In this document: piece after piece, positions 12,148-23,802 of the stretch
Layout of the letters: the number at the start of each line of letters is the position of its first letter
How positions within the stretch are numbered: the first letter of the stretch is position 1
Assembly: GCF_018350175.1 (NCBI RefSeq)
Contig: NC_058378.1
Span: forward strand, 24,180,001 to 24,244,000
DNA: 64,000 nucleotides
Direction: 5' to 3'
Origin: Felis catus
Taxonomy: Eukaryota
Translations under genes and position numbers: made by a program
Notes under the pieces: model-generated
Seen by the model: the letters and a program-made list of their open reading frames with translations, nothing else
The model's database searches: none
Told to the model about the DNA's origin: nothing

Positions 12148-13249
12148 GACCATAGCATTTTTAAATTAATTCACTACATGAGCCAATGCAAAAAGTGATC
12201 AAAATTGTGGGTTTTCTTTGTTCTCATGCCTTTGACCTTTGACAACTTATTGGTCATTTGGAAGGAGTGGAAGCTTACCGTGAAGGTTGGGTTATTTTAA
12301 GCAGTTAGATGATTGAGTAGCAGAAAGTTGTTGAAGATATTTACCAAACTGCAGTCTGAGACTCCTGGGAATGTGTGAGCCTCCCAAGAGCATCAATCTA
12401 TTAGGCCACAAAGAGAAACTGGAGCTATTTTCCACTGTGGCCTGGTCTGAACTTCATGGAATCAGAAATTCTGAAGAATCAGAAATTTCTGCAGAACTCT
12501 TTGAGAAAATGAAATCACTCTTTAGGAAGCAATTCACTCATTTTGGTGCTATGAATCATGCTTTAAGCTTCTTTGCTTTTTTTTGATGCTTAAACATGGA
12601 AGGTTCCTGAATGATCAAGTATCTGTCTTATCAGTGTCACTCAGTTTCTGGAGTACTTGTATTCAATCTTTGGGCAATGTCTGTGTTTTCATGGCTCTGT
12701 GACAATGCACTTCATTTCGTTGGCACTGAGACCCATCATCAATGATATAAACCTGGTATCCCAACTGCAATGGTCTTTGACTGAATGTAGCTTCAGTTCT
12801 CCAAAAGATTGAATTGGCCAAATAGTATTATTCTCCCTGATTTCACCAATAAAGACTGACTAAGCATAGGCTAAAAACTCTGTTTTTATGAAATTTGGCT
12901 AAATCACCTTCTTGACTCACTTTAAAATTATTCATAAAATTCATTATGAGTAACTTTTACCATTTGAATACATGAATAATAATTATAAAAATTAGAAACA
13001 TATAGAAAAGCACATAGAAAAATATCCATCATCTTAGCACACAACACACAGGGATAGCCAATGTTTCTTTGCATGTATTCCCCATTTTTTCTATGTCTAT
13101 AAATATATATGGGTGTGAGGATTTTTTATATGTATGTTTTATGTGTATATGTGTATGTGCGCATGTGTGTTAAAATGATAGGACATACTGTTTTACAAAC
13201 TCATATTTTAAACTTTGTAATATATTTTAATACCAGTAGTGATAGTGAT

Positions 13250-13445
13250 GATGATTATTACTGTGTGCCAGGCACAGGGCTAAGATTTAATCTTCATAGT
13301 AACCTTAGGAGATACTGTCATCACTCATTTTACACGTGAAGGAATAGACACTTAAAGGGTTTAAGTACTGCTTGCAGTCATGAAGCAAGTAGTTGGTGGA
13401 CTTAGAACTTGAAGTGATGTCTCATTTCAGAACCTGTGATATAAC
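13250..13445 (-). mobile_element. MIR
   Basis: tactgtgtgccaggcac...tttaatcttcatagtaacc...cattttacacgtgaaggaa...tagaacttgaa. Confidence 0.7.
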
Positions 13446-13514
13446 CTGTAATGTAATTAATGCTTTCCTTCTCCAGACATTAAATATTTTTACATCGTAT
13501 TTTTTATTAACACT

Positions 13515-13732
13515 AATTTTTTTTAAATTTTTTATTTTTAATGTTTATTTATTTGCTATATAGATAGAGTACAAATGGGGAGGAACAGAGAGAGAGAGAG
13601 GAAGACAGAGAATCTGAAGCGGGCTCTCCGCTGATGACAGAGAGCCCAATGTGGGGCTCGAACTCATGAATCGCAAGATCATGACCTGAGCCGAAGTTGG
13701 ATGCTTAAACAACTGAGTCACCCAGGTGCCCC
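13515..13732 (-). mobile_element. Can-SINE
   Basis: T-rich tail, GA tract, gtcacccaggtgcccc end; short TSD aacact. Confidence 0.92.
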
Positions 13733-13739
13733 AACACTG

Positions 13740-14120
13740 TATTTTTTAGAGCAGTTTAAAGTTTGTAGCAAAATTGAGGGGAAGTTACAGAGATTTGCCA
13801 TGTGCCTCCTGCCCCCACACAAATAAATGTCCCCAATTATTAACATCCCCCACCAGAGGGGTATGTTTGTTACACTTGTGACCCTACACTGACATATGAT
13901 CATCATTCNNNNNNNNNNNNNNNNNNNNNNNNNNNNNNNNNNNNNNNNNNNNNNNNNNNNNNNNNNNNNNNNNNNNNNNNNNNNNNNNNNNNNNNNNNNN
14001 NNNNNNNNNNNNNNNNNNNNNNNNNNNNNNNNNNNNNNNNNNNNNNNNNNNNNNNNNNNNNNNNNNCCCTTCTATCATATTTTTGTGGTATAAGCTGTAT
14101 CATAATACAGATGAACCTAT
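13740..14120 (-). mobile_element. Old L1 (L1MA/MB-type) 3' end, partly masked
   Basis: tttagagcagtttaaagtttgtagcaaaattgaggggaagttacagagattt...aacatcccccaccagagggg. Confidence 0.75.
13909..14066. other. N block 3 (158 nt)
   Basis: Run of N inside an old L1. Confidence 0.99.
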
Positions 14121-14179
14121 TCTTCTTCTTATTATTAATATATGGTACTTCTGGTTTTCCAGTAGTGTAAATGGCATTG

Positions 14180-14610
14180 TGACAACATCCTTTTCAGAAG
14201 TTCCCCCAGATGCTGACCTGGAAATAAGGATTTGAGCCTCAGTTGCTTGTTTGGGAGTGATCCAGGAAACATCAGTAAGGGGAGTGAGAAGGGAAGGAAA
14301 GAAAGTCAATACAGGGTATGTTAATGAGCAGGTTACACCTTGGGGAACTAAAGCTCAGTTCCACTGTGATCTTTGGGGGTCTGTATTGAACTCACCTCAC
14401 AGTTGTCCCCATTGAGACTGAGGAATCCTTAACTTCTGTGCCATGAGTTGAGGACTGCTTCCAGGGTGTTAACTCCTTGGAACTGCCCACCACCCTCCTG
14501 TATGATCTGGCATACTTCCTTACCCAGGAAAGATCCCAGGCAGAGCGTGGCTGGGGCTGGCAGCTGGAAACCTGGCTGTGTGCACGGAAGGGATATGGAT
14601 AGGCACTGAC
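14180..14610. mobile_element. LTR16-like ERVL LTR
   Basis: cagatgctgacc...ggatttgag...gtttgggagtgatccaggaaacatcagtaaggggagtgagaagggaagg...aaagctcagttccactg. Recall of consensus. Confidence 0.6.
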
Positions 14611-14926
14611 AACATCTGCTGCAGCATATATCCATGATATTTTCCTTCTGGATAAACTTAGGATATCTTAGGATATCCTTGCCAAACTGGCCCACAGAAA
14701 TGTTGTACCACTTTATACACATCTTTTGTGCTACAACCAATATTGAGTCTACCCTGTTTAGTGAAGTCATTATGTATAACAAGTTACCTTGTTTGCATTT
14801 TCTTGATCAGTGTTGCAGTTAAATTTTTCTCATTTGTTTATTACTATAATTAGTATTTTTTATACATTGCCCTTCATTTACTTTAACTATTTGTCTGTTA
14901 AAGTGTACACCTTTTAAAATTTGCTA

Positions 14927-15129
14927 CTTTTTTTTTAATGTTTTTTCATTTTTGAGAGAAAGAGAGAGCACAAGCAGGGGAGGGGCAGAGAGATAAGGAC
15001 ACAAAATCCAAGGCAGGCTCTAGGTTCTGAGCTGTCAGCACAGAGTCTGATGAGGGGCTTGAACCCACGAACCATGAGATCATGACCCTAGCCAAAGTCA
15101 GACACTTAACCAAGACACCCAGGTGTCCC
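14927..15129 (-). mobile_element. Can-SINE with 10-bp TSD
   Basis: TSD aaatttgcta at 14917-14926 and 15130-15139. Confidence 0.92.
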
Positions 15130-15479
15130 AAATTTGCTATTTTCTTATTCTTTGTAAATGTTTTTTTCCTAGTTTGTTCTTAGGTTTTTAATTTTTATAA
15201 TTCATCAACATGGAAAAAATTTTAATTTTTGTATACTTTCATATGTAGATTGATTTCCTTAATGGACTCAAATTTTTCATGTATAATTTTTTTAACTTTT
15301 AAACCTTTTATGCTAATATATCTGGTATTTATTTTGGTTTATAGTTTAATGTAGGGATCAAATAGCCTATTTTTTCTATGCTGCTTTGAAGTTCTTTGCC
15401 ACTTTATTAAATTCTTATGTAACAGATCAACTTATTGAAAAAACACATTAATGGATTTTTTATTGATTTTTATTTTCTT

Positions 15480-15706
15480 CTTTTTTAAATTTTTAAAACA
15501 TTTTTATTTATTTTTGGAGAGACAGAGAGAGACAGAGCATGAGCGAGGGAGGGACAGAGAAAGAGAGGGAGACACAGAATCTGACGCAGGCTCCAGGCTC
15601 TGAGCTGTCAGCACACAGCCCAATGTGGGGCTCGAACCCACAAACTGTGAGATCATGACCTGAGCCGAAGTCGGACGCTCAACCAACTGAACCACCCAGG
15701 TGCCTC
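15480..15706 (-). mobile_element. SINEC_Fc
   Basis: Full body, degenerate TSD t(a/g)ttgattt(t/g)tattttctt. Confidence 0.93.
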
Positions 15707-15826
15707 TGTTGATTTGTATTTTCTTATTTTTACTGGTATCCATGTTCAGAATACTTATTCGTTCTAATTTATATAATATGTATTAATTTTAAATGTATGA
15801 TTAATTTTACTTTTAATTCACTTATT

Positions 15827-16054
15827 TTTTTATTTATTATTATTTTAAAATTTCTTTTAATATTTATTTTTGAGAGACAGAGACAGAGCACAAACAGGGA
15901 AGGGGCAGAGAGAGAGGGAGACACAGAATCCAAAGCAGGCTCCAGGCTCTGAGCTGTCAGCACAGAGCCCGACGTGGGGCTCAGACTCACGAACTGCGAG
16001 ATCATGACCTGAGCCGAAGTCAGACGCTTAACTGACTGAGCCACCCAGGCCCCC
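15827..16054 (-). mobile_element. SINEC_Fc with 15-bp TSD
   Basis: TSD tttaattcacttatt at 15812-15826 and 16056-16070. Confidence 0.94.
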
Positions 16055-16849
16055 ATTTAATTCACTTATTAATGTTAATGCTACTCACAATATTTATTAA
16101 TTTTAAAAATTCAAATTTCCTTTATTCATATTAATTTCTGACCATATTACTTACTTAGAATGTCTTGGCCACCCACTGTATACTCACCATTGCCTGTCCT
16201 CTGGCATGGATGTACAACAATCCTCATGATGATTCTCTAATTTCTTGCATTCATTAGCATTCCAGCCTTTAACTCACACTCGTAAGGTCAACCAGAAAGA
16301 AAACATTGCTTTATCTTGATTTGTTATTATAAACATAACTTGAACATGATTTTAAAATTATCTTGTCTCTGCACAAGGCAACACTCTCTTGGGTGGGGAA
16401 TGTTATTTGATTATAAAATAAAATTTTAGATATTAGTACATGTTGAATCAGCCACCAGGGACTCCTTATGTTTCCACAAATGCAATATCAGTAGCATAAG
16501 AATGGAAATTGCTTGTGAGTATTCAAGCTTCAACAATATGCCTTTTCTGATTTTGTAGCTACATGGGAGAAGTGAGCCAGAACTAGGGCACATGGCATTA
16601 TAAGCTGCCTGTTGCTTAGATACCAGGCTCCCTGATTTAACATGTGCCTGTCATGTATTTCACTTACAAAGTTGTGTCCCTCAAAGCTGAGCCCATGTGC
16701 TCTCATCCCACTGTATTAAAATGTCAAGGGGTTGCTTATTATCAGGACTTGAGAAAATTTAGTGTTCTAAGACAAGAAACCTCAAATGGTCTCCTGACAG
16801 TACTGTGTTGAAGGAATAGATCTTCTCCAGAAAGCATTTCAATACCTTC

Positions 16850-17272
16850 TGTTAGGAGTTGGATTGTGCCCCACCAACCCTCCAAATTCACATGTTGAAG
16901 TTTTAACCCCCAGTACTTTAGAACGTGACCTTATTTGGAGGTAGGGTCTTTACAGAAGTAATCAAGTTAAAATAAGGTATGAAAAGTGGGCCCAAATCCA
17001 ATTATGACTGGTGTCCTTATAAAAAGGGGAAATTGGACACAGAGACAGACATGACAAAGAGAAGATGTCTGTGTATAATCCAAGGAACATCTGAGACCAC
17101 CAGAAGCTAAACGGGAGGCTTCCCTAGCTTTTTCAGAAGAATGAGCATCGACTTGTGCACACTTTGATCTTGGACTGATGAACCCCCAGGATTGTGAGGC
17201 AACAAATTTCTGTTTTTTTAAGCCAAGCCAGTGTATGGCACTTTGTTACAGCAGCCCCAGCAAACTCATACA
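16850..17272 (+). mobile_element. MLT1B-like MaLR solo LTR
   Basis: tgttaggagttggattgtg...gtgaccttatttggaggtagggtctttacaga...ctttgttacagcagccccagcaaactcataca; TG...CA ends. Confidence 0.85.
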
Positions 17273-17349
17273 TTTCCCCTGTCTCTTTCGCTTCTTTGTA
17301 CTCTCAAAGCCTTTTGCCTATACCTCTAAATGGATTTGTCACATTTTAT

Positions 17350-17550
17350 TGAGTTTTAAACTTTTCTAATTGTTTTTGAATAGGCAGTACATGCATATGG
17401 GAAAAAATACAAAGAGTGCAAAACAGCATAAAACAGAGTAGAAAGTGAGTCCTCTTCAGTTGCTTCCCTGTAGCGCTCCACCCCTAACCCCCCAAGTGCC
17501 CTTCCAAGAGGCAACCACCGTTATCTGTAACTTATATCCTTGGTTTCACA
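17350..17550 (-). mobile_element. Old L1ME-type 3' fragment
   Basis: ttgttttgaataggcagtacatgcatatgg...ccaagaggcaaccaccgtt. Confidence 0.5.
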
Positions 17551-17999
17551 GTCATTCCTAAGTTTAGTTTTCTGGTTCCTCTCATTGACCATAGGCCCCT
17601 TGGACGAAGGGATATTGCTTCCTTCTGTGTAGTGTCAGCTCCCAATAAATCTGAATTTAATGAACTGTTCACCAGGTAAGTTCAGGCAAGCTGAAGGATA
17701 AAATTCAAGTTGGGTTGAAGGCTCTGATTGTTGTTCATATGTAAACACTCCTGTTAGTCATTTGCACCTTTAGGATGAAGCAGGGCCTGAGCGAAGATTT
17801 TGCCTGGGGGTTAGAGCCAAGAGCTAGTGAGGAACCTGGTGATGTTACAGAAAGTGAGTGGAAAGAATTTTACTGAAGAGGAAGTAAAAACTGTGTTGGT
17901 CTGACTTCTGCTTTGCTGTTCGTAATGGTTCCCAGTAACGGGCTTTGAATAGGAGTAACCCAGCTCTATTTGTTAATCTGAGAGGCATTCTAAGTTCCT

Positions 18000-18195
18000 G
18001 GTTATAGGAGCTCATATTTGGAGGCCTGCTTATCTTTGTAGTATGAGTTCCACCACTAGTTAGGCCTGTGACGTTGAACAAGTGATTTAACCACACTGTA
18101 ACTAAGTTCTTCATCTGGGAAATGAAAATAATAGTCATCAATTAAATTGGCTAAAACTCTTAGAACCAGACCTGACAAATAGTAAGCTCTGTGTT
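18000..18195 (+). mobile_element. MIR
   Basis: ccaccactagttaggcctgtgacgttgaacaagtgatttaacc...catctgggaaatgaaaataatagt. Confidence 0.7.
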
Positions 18196-18245
18196 GAATT
18201 TCTTATTAAGTCACCCATATGTTGATGCCTTATGGGTTTATTAGT

Positions 18246-18808
18246 GTATCAGTTAGGATGCTTTCAGGCTGAAGTAGCAGAAAACCAAATAAAAAGGAGT
18301 TTACAAAATAAGACATTCATCATCTCTTGTAACAGGAAGTCCTGAGGGAGGTTTTAGGGTTGGTAATTCACCGGCCCATTGACACACCAAAAAGCAAGGT
18401 TTCTTCTGTCTTTGGAACACCAACATTTGAGGGAGAAGCATATTGACTTTTGTCCTCAGTCTTCTCTCCTCAGGGTCATAAAATGTGTATCACTCTTTCA
18501 GGGGTCACACACAGACATGACAACAGTGAGAGAGTCAGAAAAGGGAGTACCCCTCCCCCACCACATATCCCTTTTAAAGAAGAAGCAAAAAGCTTTTCTA
18601 GAAGGAACTAGAAGTTTTATCATGTCTTATTGGCCAGAATTATATCATGTGTCCATGCTTAACCAATCACTGGGGTATAGAATGAGAATCCCATGATCAT
18701 TGGCTAGAGTCCTTTTTCCTTGAAGGATATGACCACTTGGACCAGAGTACAGAAAATTAGGGTTCTGTTAACCTGGAAAAAGTAAGTTTCAGCAAATGTT
18801 TCTACTGT
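18246..18808 (-). mobile_element. MLT1K/L-like MaLR LTR
   Basis: tgtatcagttaggatgctttcaggctgaagtagcagaaaacc...attggccagaattatatcatgtgtccatgcttaaccaatcactgg. Confidence 0.7.
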
Positions 18809-18919
18809 AATTGGTCTTTCAATTTCTTGATGGAGATGCTGAAATTCAGTTTGTTTATTTAGTTATTCACATAATTTTTTTGCCTTAATATGTGTCTATA
18901 GACTCAGTTAATTTGCCAT

Positions 18920-19063
18920 NNNNNNNNNNNNNNNNNNNNNNNNNNNNNNNNNNNNNNNNNNNNNNNNNNNNNNNNNNNNNNNNNNNNNNNNNNNNNNNNN
19001 NNNNNNNNNNNNNNNNNNNNNNNNNNNNNNNNNNNNNNNNNNNNNNNNNNNNNNNNNNNNNNN
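18920..19063. other. N block 4 (144 nt)
   Basis: Run of N in sequence with no recognised repeat. Confidence 0.99.
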
Positions 19064-21764
19064 NGAGATGGGGGTGGAGTATACTCAATTTCTTCATGAT
19101 AGTCTTTATTTGCTTATCCTATGGAAATCTCAGACAAAATAGAATATATTTCCCACTAAACTGACATAACCATCAAGGAAGAAGAGGACACAACTCTGTC
19201 CTGTAGAGTTCATAGTGCAATAGCACCAGTTCACCTGGTCTTGCCACCCTTAATTTCTGTGGGTCCTGCCCTACCAACTTAACCAACTTTTTTATTAGCT
19301 ACTCCCATTGCCAATCCTTATCTGCTCTCTCATCCTCAAGTAACCAGTGCCCCTTTAGATAAAGCCTGTTTGTCTACATCCCGATGAGGATGCACCTCAG
19401 CACAGAGTTCCACCACTGGCACTCTTCCCTTCATGAAGCCCTCAAGGCCACTCTGGAAAGATGGGGTCTTGCTCCACAGCCAGCTCCTTCTCCCTGTCTC
19501 AGTCATAAAGGGCTAAATATTTGGTAACATCTCTTACCTTTTCACAAATGGGTCAATCAAATGGGTTTGGGCCCAGAGTCCTTGCTATTGGGATGACTTG
19601 AATCCAATAAAAAGACACTTAAAATGGGAAATAATTGGGCCTTCCACTAATTCGGACTTCCCTACCATGAACCGATATTAAAGAAAACCACTCTCACCTC
19701 ATTCAACGTTAAAAAGCAAGTCACACAAAACTAGAGAGAGACTAGAAGACTCAGAGTAGAAAAGAGGTACCTTACACTCTCCTCTCAAGCCCACCAAGCT
19801 GAGACCAGATTGCTGGCATGGAGCCCCATCTAGGAAATGCCCCAAGTTCTTTAACTGAAGAAGTGGGAGTCACATTTCCTCCCAGTGAGTTCACTGGCCC
19901 CGAGGGCACTGTGCAGGATGGAACCTAGTGTCTAAAAGGAGCTGGCCTTCCTGTGACAGGCCCAATTAAGCCACCAGCTGTGATCAATTATCCAAAAGGC
20001 CAATCAGGTGCAAGCAGCTGGGTATGTGGGGGCTGGACTGGAATCTTCCAGAAAGTTAGCAGACTCTTGGCTGCCTAAAACATCAATTTGTATTTATGGA
20101 GCCCCTCTTAAAACTCACATGGATCTTATTGAAGCTCCTGCATCTGAAGGGTGTTAGGATACTATACAGAAGTAGCCAAGATCAGGATTTGACCTCTGGG
20201 AAGTTGTGTTGAAGCACATTGAAGACGTTTGGTGTATCTGTCCAATGTCTATTTTCTGTGGGGTGGGGAGAGGGTCCCTATGCTCCAAAGACCAGTGTCT
20301 ATTGTACTTTCTCTGCACTCAAGAGAAAAATCTTCTCTTAGGAAAGGATCTCAAATTCTCTACCTTGAAGTATCACTGACTGGTGACATATTTTAGTTGT
20401 TTTAATGCAAATATCTCTAGGTAGATATAACCTTGAGCTTTGCAGTGGTTTTCAAACTATGATTCTCATAACCATCTAAATTCCATAGAGTTTCCAGAGT
20501 CTGGCTTGAGAGGCAAGGTATGTCACAATTGGACTTTTATATAACGTTTCCTTCCAGGTATTAAAAAAGTTGGTTTTTTAAACTTCTAAGGATTAAAAAC
20601 TTAATTTGGAGGACCAGCCAAGAATTGGATAGATATTTTGGAGACATTATAAATTTTCTTAAAGCTTTGAAATTCCACCATACACTTGTTGCTCACTCTA
20701 TCAAGCTGTAACTAAAGTTATTTGTAGACAAAGATATTGTTCTAACAGATATCAAAGAAGCCATTAAAATCAACTAAGATCTTGTAGTAGGAAGTCCAGA
20801 TATCGGCTTCTCTAATTCTTCCTCTATGGAAGCTCTGGAGAAAGGCTGGAATGTATAAGTCAGATAGTTCAGGAAGTAAATTAGATGCTGAACTGTACTA
20901 AGAACTTGAATTGTGCCTATAGTTGAAGCAACCTTATTATATCTCATTGAATATTGTTTCAGCATGGTTTTGATTTTAGGAAGCAGAGAAACACCATACA
21001 CTGCTTCATGCTATTAGAGCATCTGTACATTGGAACACATTCATGTTTCCTATCCTGTTTTGTGGGTATTAGTGGACAATGTTCATCACTCATTACTGAA
21101 AGCCAAGGACAGCTGTCTCTTAAAATCCAATTTACCATTTTGTGATTAAGTACTTTTGTCATCAGAAGCATATAGGAAGTAAAAAAATTCAGCATCTTGC
21201 TATTAAGTTTATTCTCTGCCCTAGTTATTATGCTAAGTGAAGCATAGAAAATGGAGCAAGACTCAGTCCCTGTACTCATGTATTTCATAGTCTAATGGAA
21301 GATAAAGATCCTAATGTAATTCTAAGAAAATTGCAAGTAGGAACATAGGATGGAGAGCTAAATAATGAATGCAAGTCTGGTATAGGTTTTTGAGATGAGG
21401 CAGTGGAGAGAAGGGAACTGTATTCAGAAAGACAACGTTACACAACATAAATGAAAAAAGATCCACATTTAAACCTATCCTGATGAAATTTCAGAACAAC
21501 AAAGATAAAACAAAGATTCCCAAAATTTTCAGTGCAAAAAAATAAAGGCAACTAGAAAGTCCAGGAAAAACTAAATGCTGTATAAGAAAGTCATAGTTCA
21601 AGCATGAAGCAAACAAATGTAGCAAGATTGCGTGTCACTACATACTTGGAGCTCTCTCTTTTAGGTATGTGAAATGATATCTTCTTTTTTATAGGTCTAA
21701 TCACATTACTTGGGACTATGGTGAATAGTCTTTACATAATCTTAATATTGTTAATGTTGTTTAT

Positions 21765-23802
21765 GGTCATGACAGGATAAGCTACGTTATGCTGCAAATG
21801 ACCCCAAATCTCAGTTGCATCCAATGATAAAAGTTTATTTCTTGCTCACATTAAATGTCCATCATAGGTCAACTCAGATGTATGTTACCTACATTTTGGG
21901 ACCTGGACTATGTCCGGAATATTCTCATGGCAGAAAGAAAAGACATTCATGATCCATGTTTTGATACTCTGCCTAAGGCAGGCATTCATCACTTTAATTC
22001 ACACTGTATTGGCCAAAACTACTCCTTGTTCAACACAAGGGGTGTGTATAATCTTCCCACAGGGAGAGGCACCACAGGGATGGAAACGAAATATTTGGTG
22101 AACCGTAATACCAACTCCCCTAGGCCACCTTTCCAGTATTCAACTATTCAGTAACCTTTTCCCATATGCTGAGCCCACTCACCCCATCTCCAAGAGAGAC
22201 AACCAGAAGTCCCAAGTAGGAACTTGTTCTTTACCTGAACTTCTAAGGTAAAGACCAGTATCTCCAGGTAATGTGAGGTAGTCTCCATATCAGGTCTGGA
22301 CATAGCTCTTCTTAATACAAAGTTGCAGAAACAAAAGGAGAAGCTATCTGTCTCTCACATAACCATATGCAATGATGGAATAGGAACAGGGAAACCATAA
22401 CAAGCACTCCCATTTGGAAAGGTGAAGAATGACAGACACACAGATATCATCAGTCTCTACAAATTTCTAGAATCCTCTTGGGCATATGTTGTCTGGGAGA
22501 GGAAAGTATACCTTGATTAAACCTTGATTCCATTTACAGGGAATAGCTCCTAGACATTTTTCTCCTTAGTCTTTGGCCCTACCACTTGGGAAGTCTTTTC
22601 TTTCCAGTATTCTCTTTGGTTATGTCTCACAAAGAATTGTAGAACATGGTCTCCTGGAGGCTGAAGAGCTTTAATCATCTGCCTCAAGCTCAAGCAGGAC
22701 GGATGGGTGAAAGGGAAGGGTTGTTTTAAGCCTTGAACAGTCTCTTTCAGTCTAAACCAGTGGTTCTCCTGGTGGCACAATGTTTTCAACTTTTAACTTA
22801 TCTAACTAGTTCTTGTCAAAGAGTTCCTATTCTGTTTCGAAGTATGTGTTTAATTGCTAATACCTTGTCTCCATCTGATTTCTTTAGGAGACCCACATTC
22901 TTATTCTCTTCTTGAGACATTTTGTCTGATTAAAAGGGTTTACTAGATGCCATCTTAATACATTAAAAAGTTTCAACAAATGACATGCATCAACTCCTTA
23001 ATTTGGTCCTTGACATGAGGCTAAGTTTTTGTAGGATTTTTTTATTCAAAGATATTATTTTTCTATGTTTTGTTGAGTGGAAGTGAGAAGCAGTTGTATA
23101 TTCCAAACTAAAAAACCCCAAGTTTCTGGATGCTCTGTTTTTTTTTTCTGCTTCCAATATGACTGATTCTTTTTGAGCTCATCTCTTTTTTGTCAAATGC
23201 ATCTAATAACAATCAACTAAAGCTACTGACATTCTGTTTGGTCACGTCTTCTTCTAAAACTACAAGTTTATTAAGGACACTGTCTTTCATCCTTTCACCT
23301 CCAATAGCAATTTCCTTGCTTTCCACTAATGAGCCCTAGAGTCAATGCAACTAATTTTAGCTTTGTTGTTGTTGTTGTTTACAAAAACACCTCGTGTCCA
23401 TTAATAATTTTTGTATCAGTATGGATGGGTGAAGTTATGCTGAGGTAACAAATGGTTTCAAAATATCATGGCTTACAACAAGAAAGATCTATTTCTTGTT
23501 TCTATGATATGTCTATTGTGGGGTGGCTGTTGCTGTGCTCTATATCACTTTCACTGGGGGACCAAGGCTAATGGAGCAGGCACTAGCTGGAACATTCATG
23601 ATCTCATGGAAGAAGGAGAAGAGACAGTAATACATGTGTTATTACTCAAAACTTCTATCTGGAAATGGCACGTATCACTTCCACCCACATTAGCCAAAGC
23701 AAGTATTATGACTTACTTCTGACTTCAATAGACAGGGATATATCTTCTTCCCACAAGGAAGAAAACAGGAATATTTAATAATCGGTAATATAATTTACCA
23801 CA
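21765..23802 (-). mobile_element. Two-LTR MaLR (MLT1J-like) provirus relic: LTR about 21765-22125, internal region, LTR 23412-23802
   Basis: Both LTRs share gttatgctg...atctcag/atcatgg...tttatttcttg and cttcccacagg...aatatttggtgaa/aatatttaataa motifs; the internal part has MLT1-int-like motifs (aatgatggaataggaacagg...cactcccatttggaaagg; tttacaaaaacacc just before the right LTR). Confidence 0.65.

Larger units (their letters stand above)
11483..12400 (+). mobile_element. Fossil hAT (Charlie/SPIN-like) transposase coding fragment, split by the nested insertions at 11628-12147
   Basis: Plus-strand translation gives W-NSFTTGKAP...FCSMIHHNL (11483-11612, resembling TTDGAP and HCxIH), then MQKVIKIVGFLCSHAF (from 12186, resembling VVKIVNFIRSxAL) and V-R-stop-L-S at 12304-12318 (RWLS motif), in correct order with frameshifts and stops. 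Confidence 0.65.

Noticed and set aside
17595-17682. Exon-like segment ending in CAG|GTAAGT
   Set aside because: The sequence resembles a degraded L2 3' end and the peptide is not recognisable.
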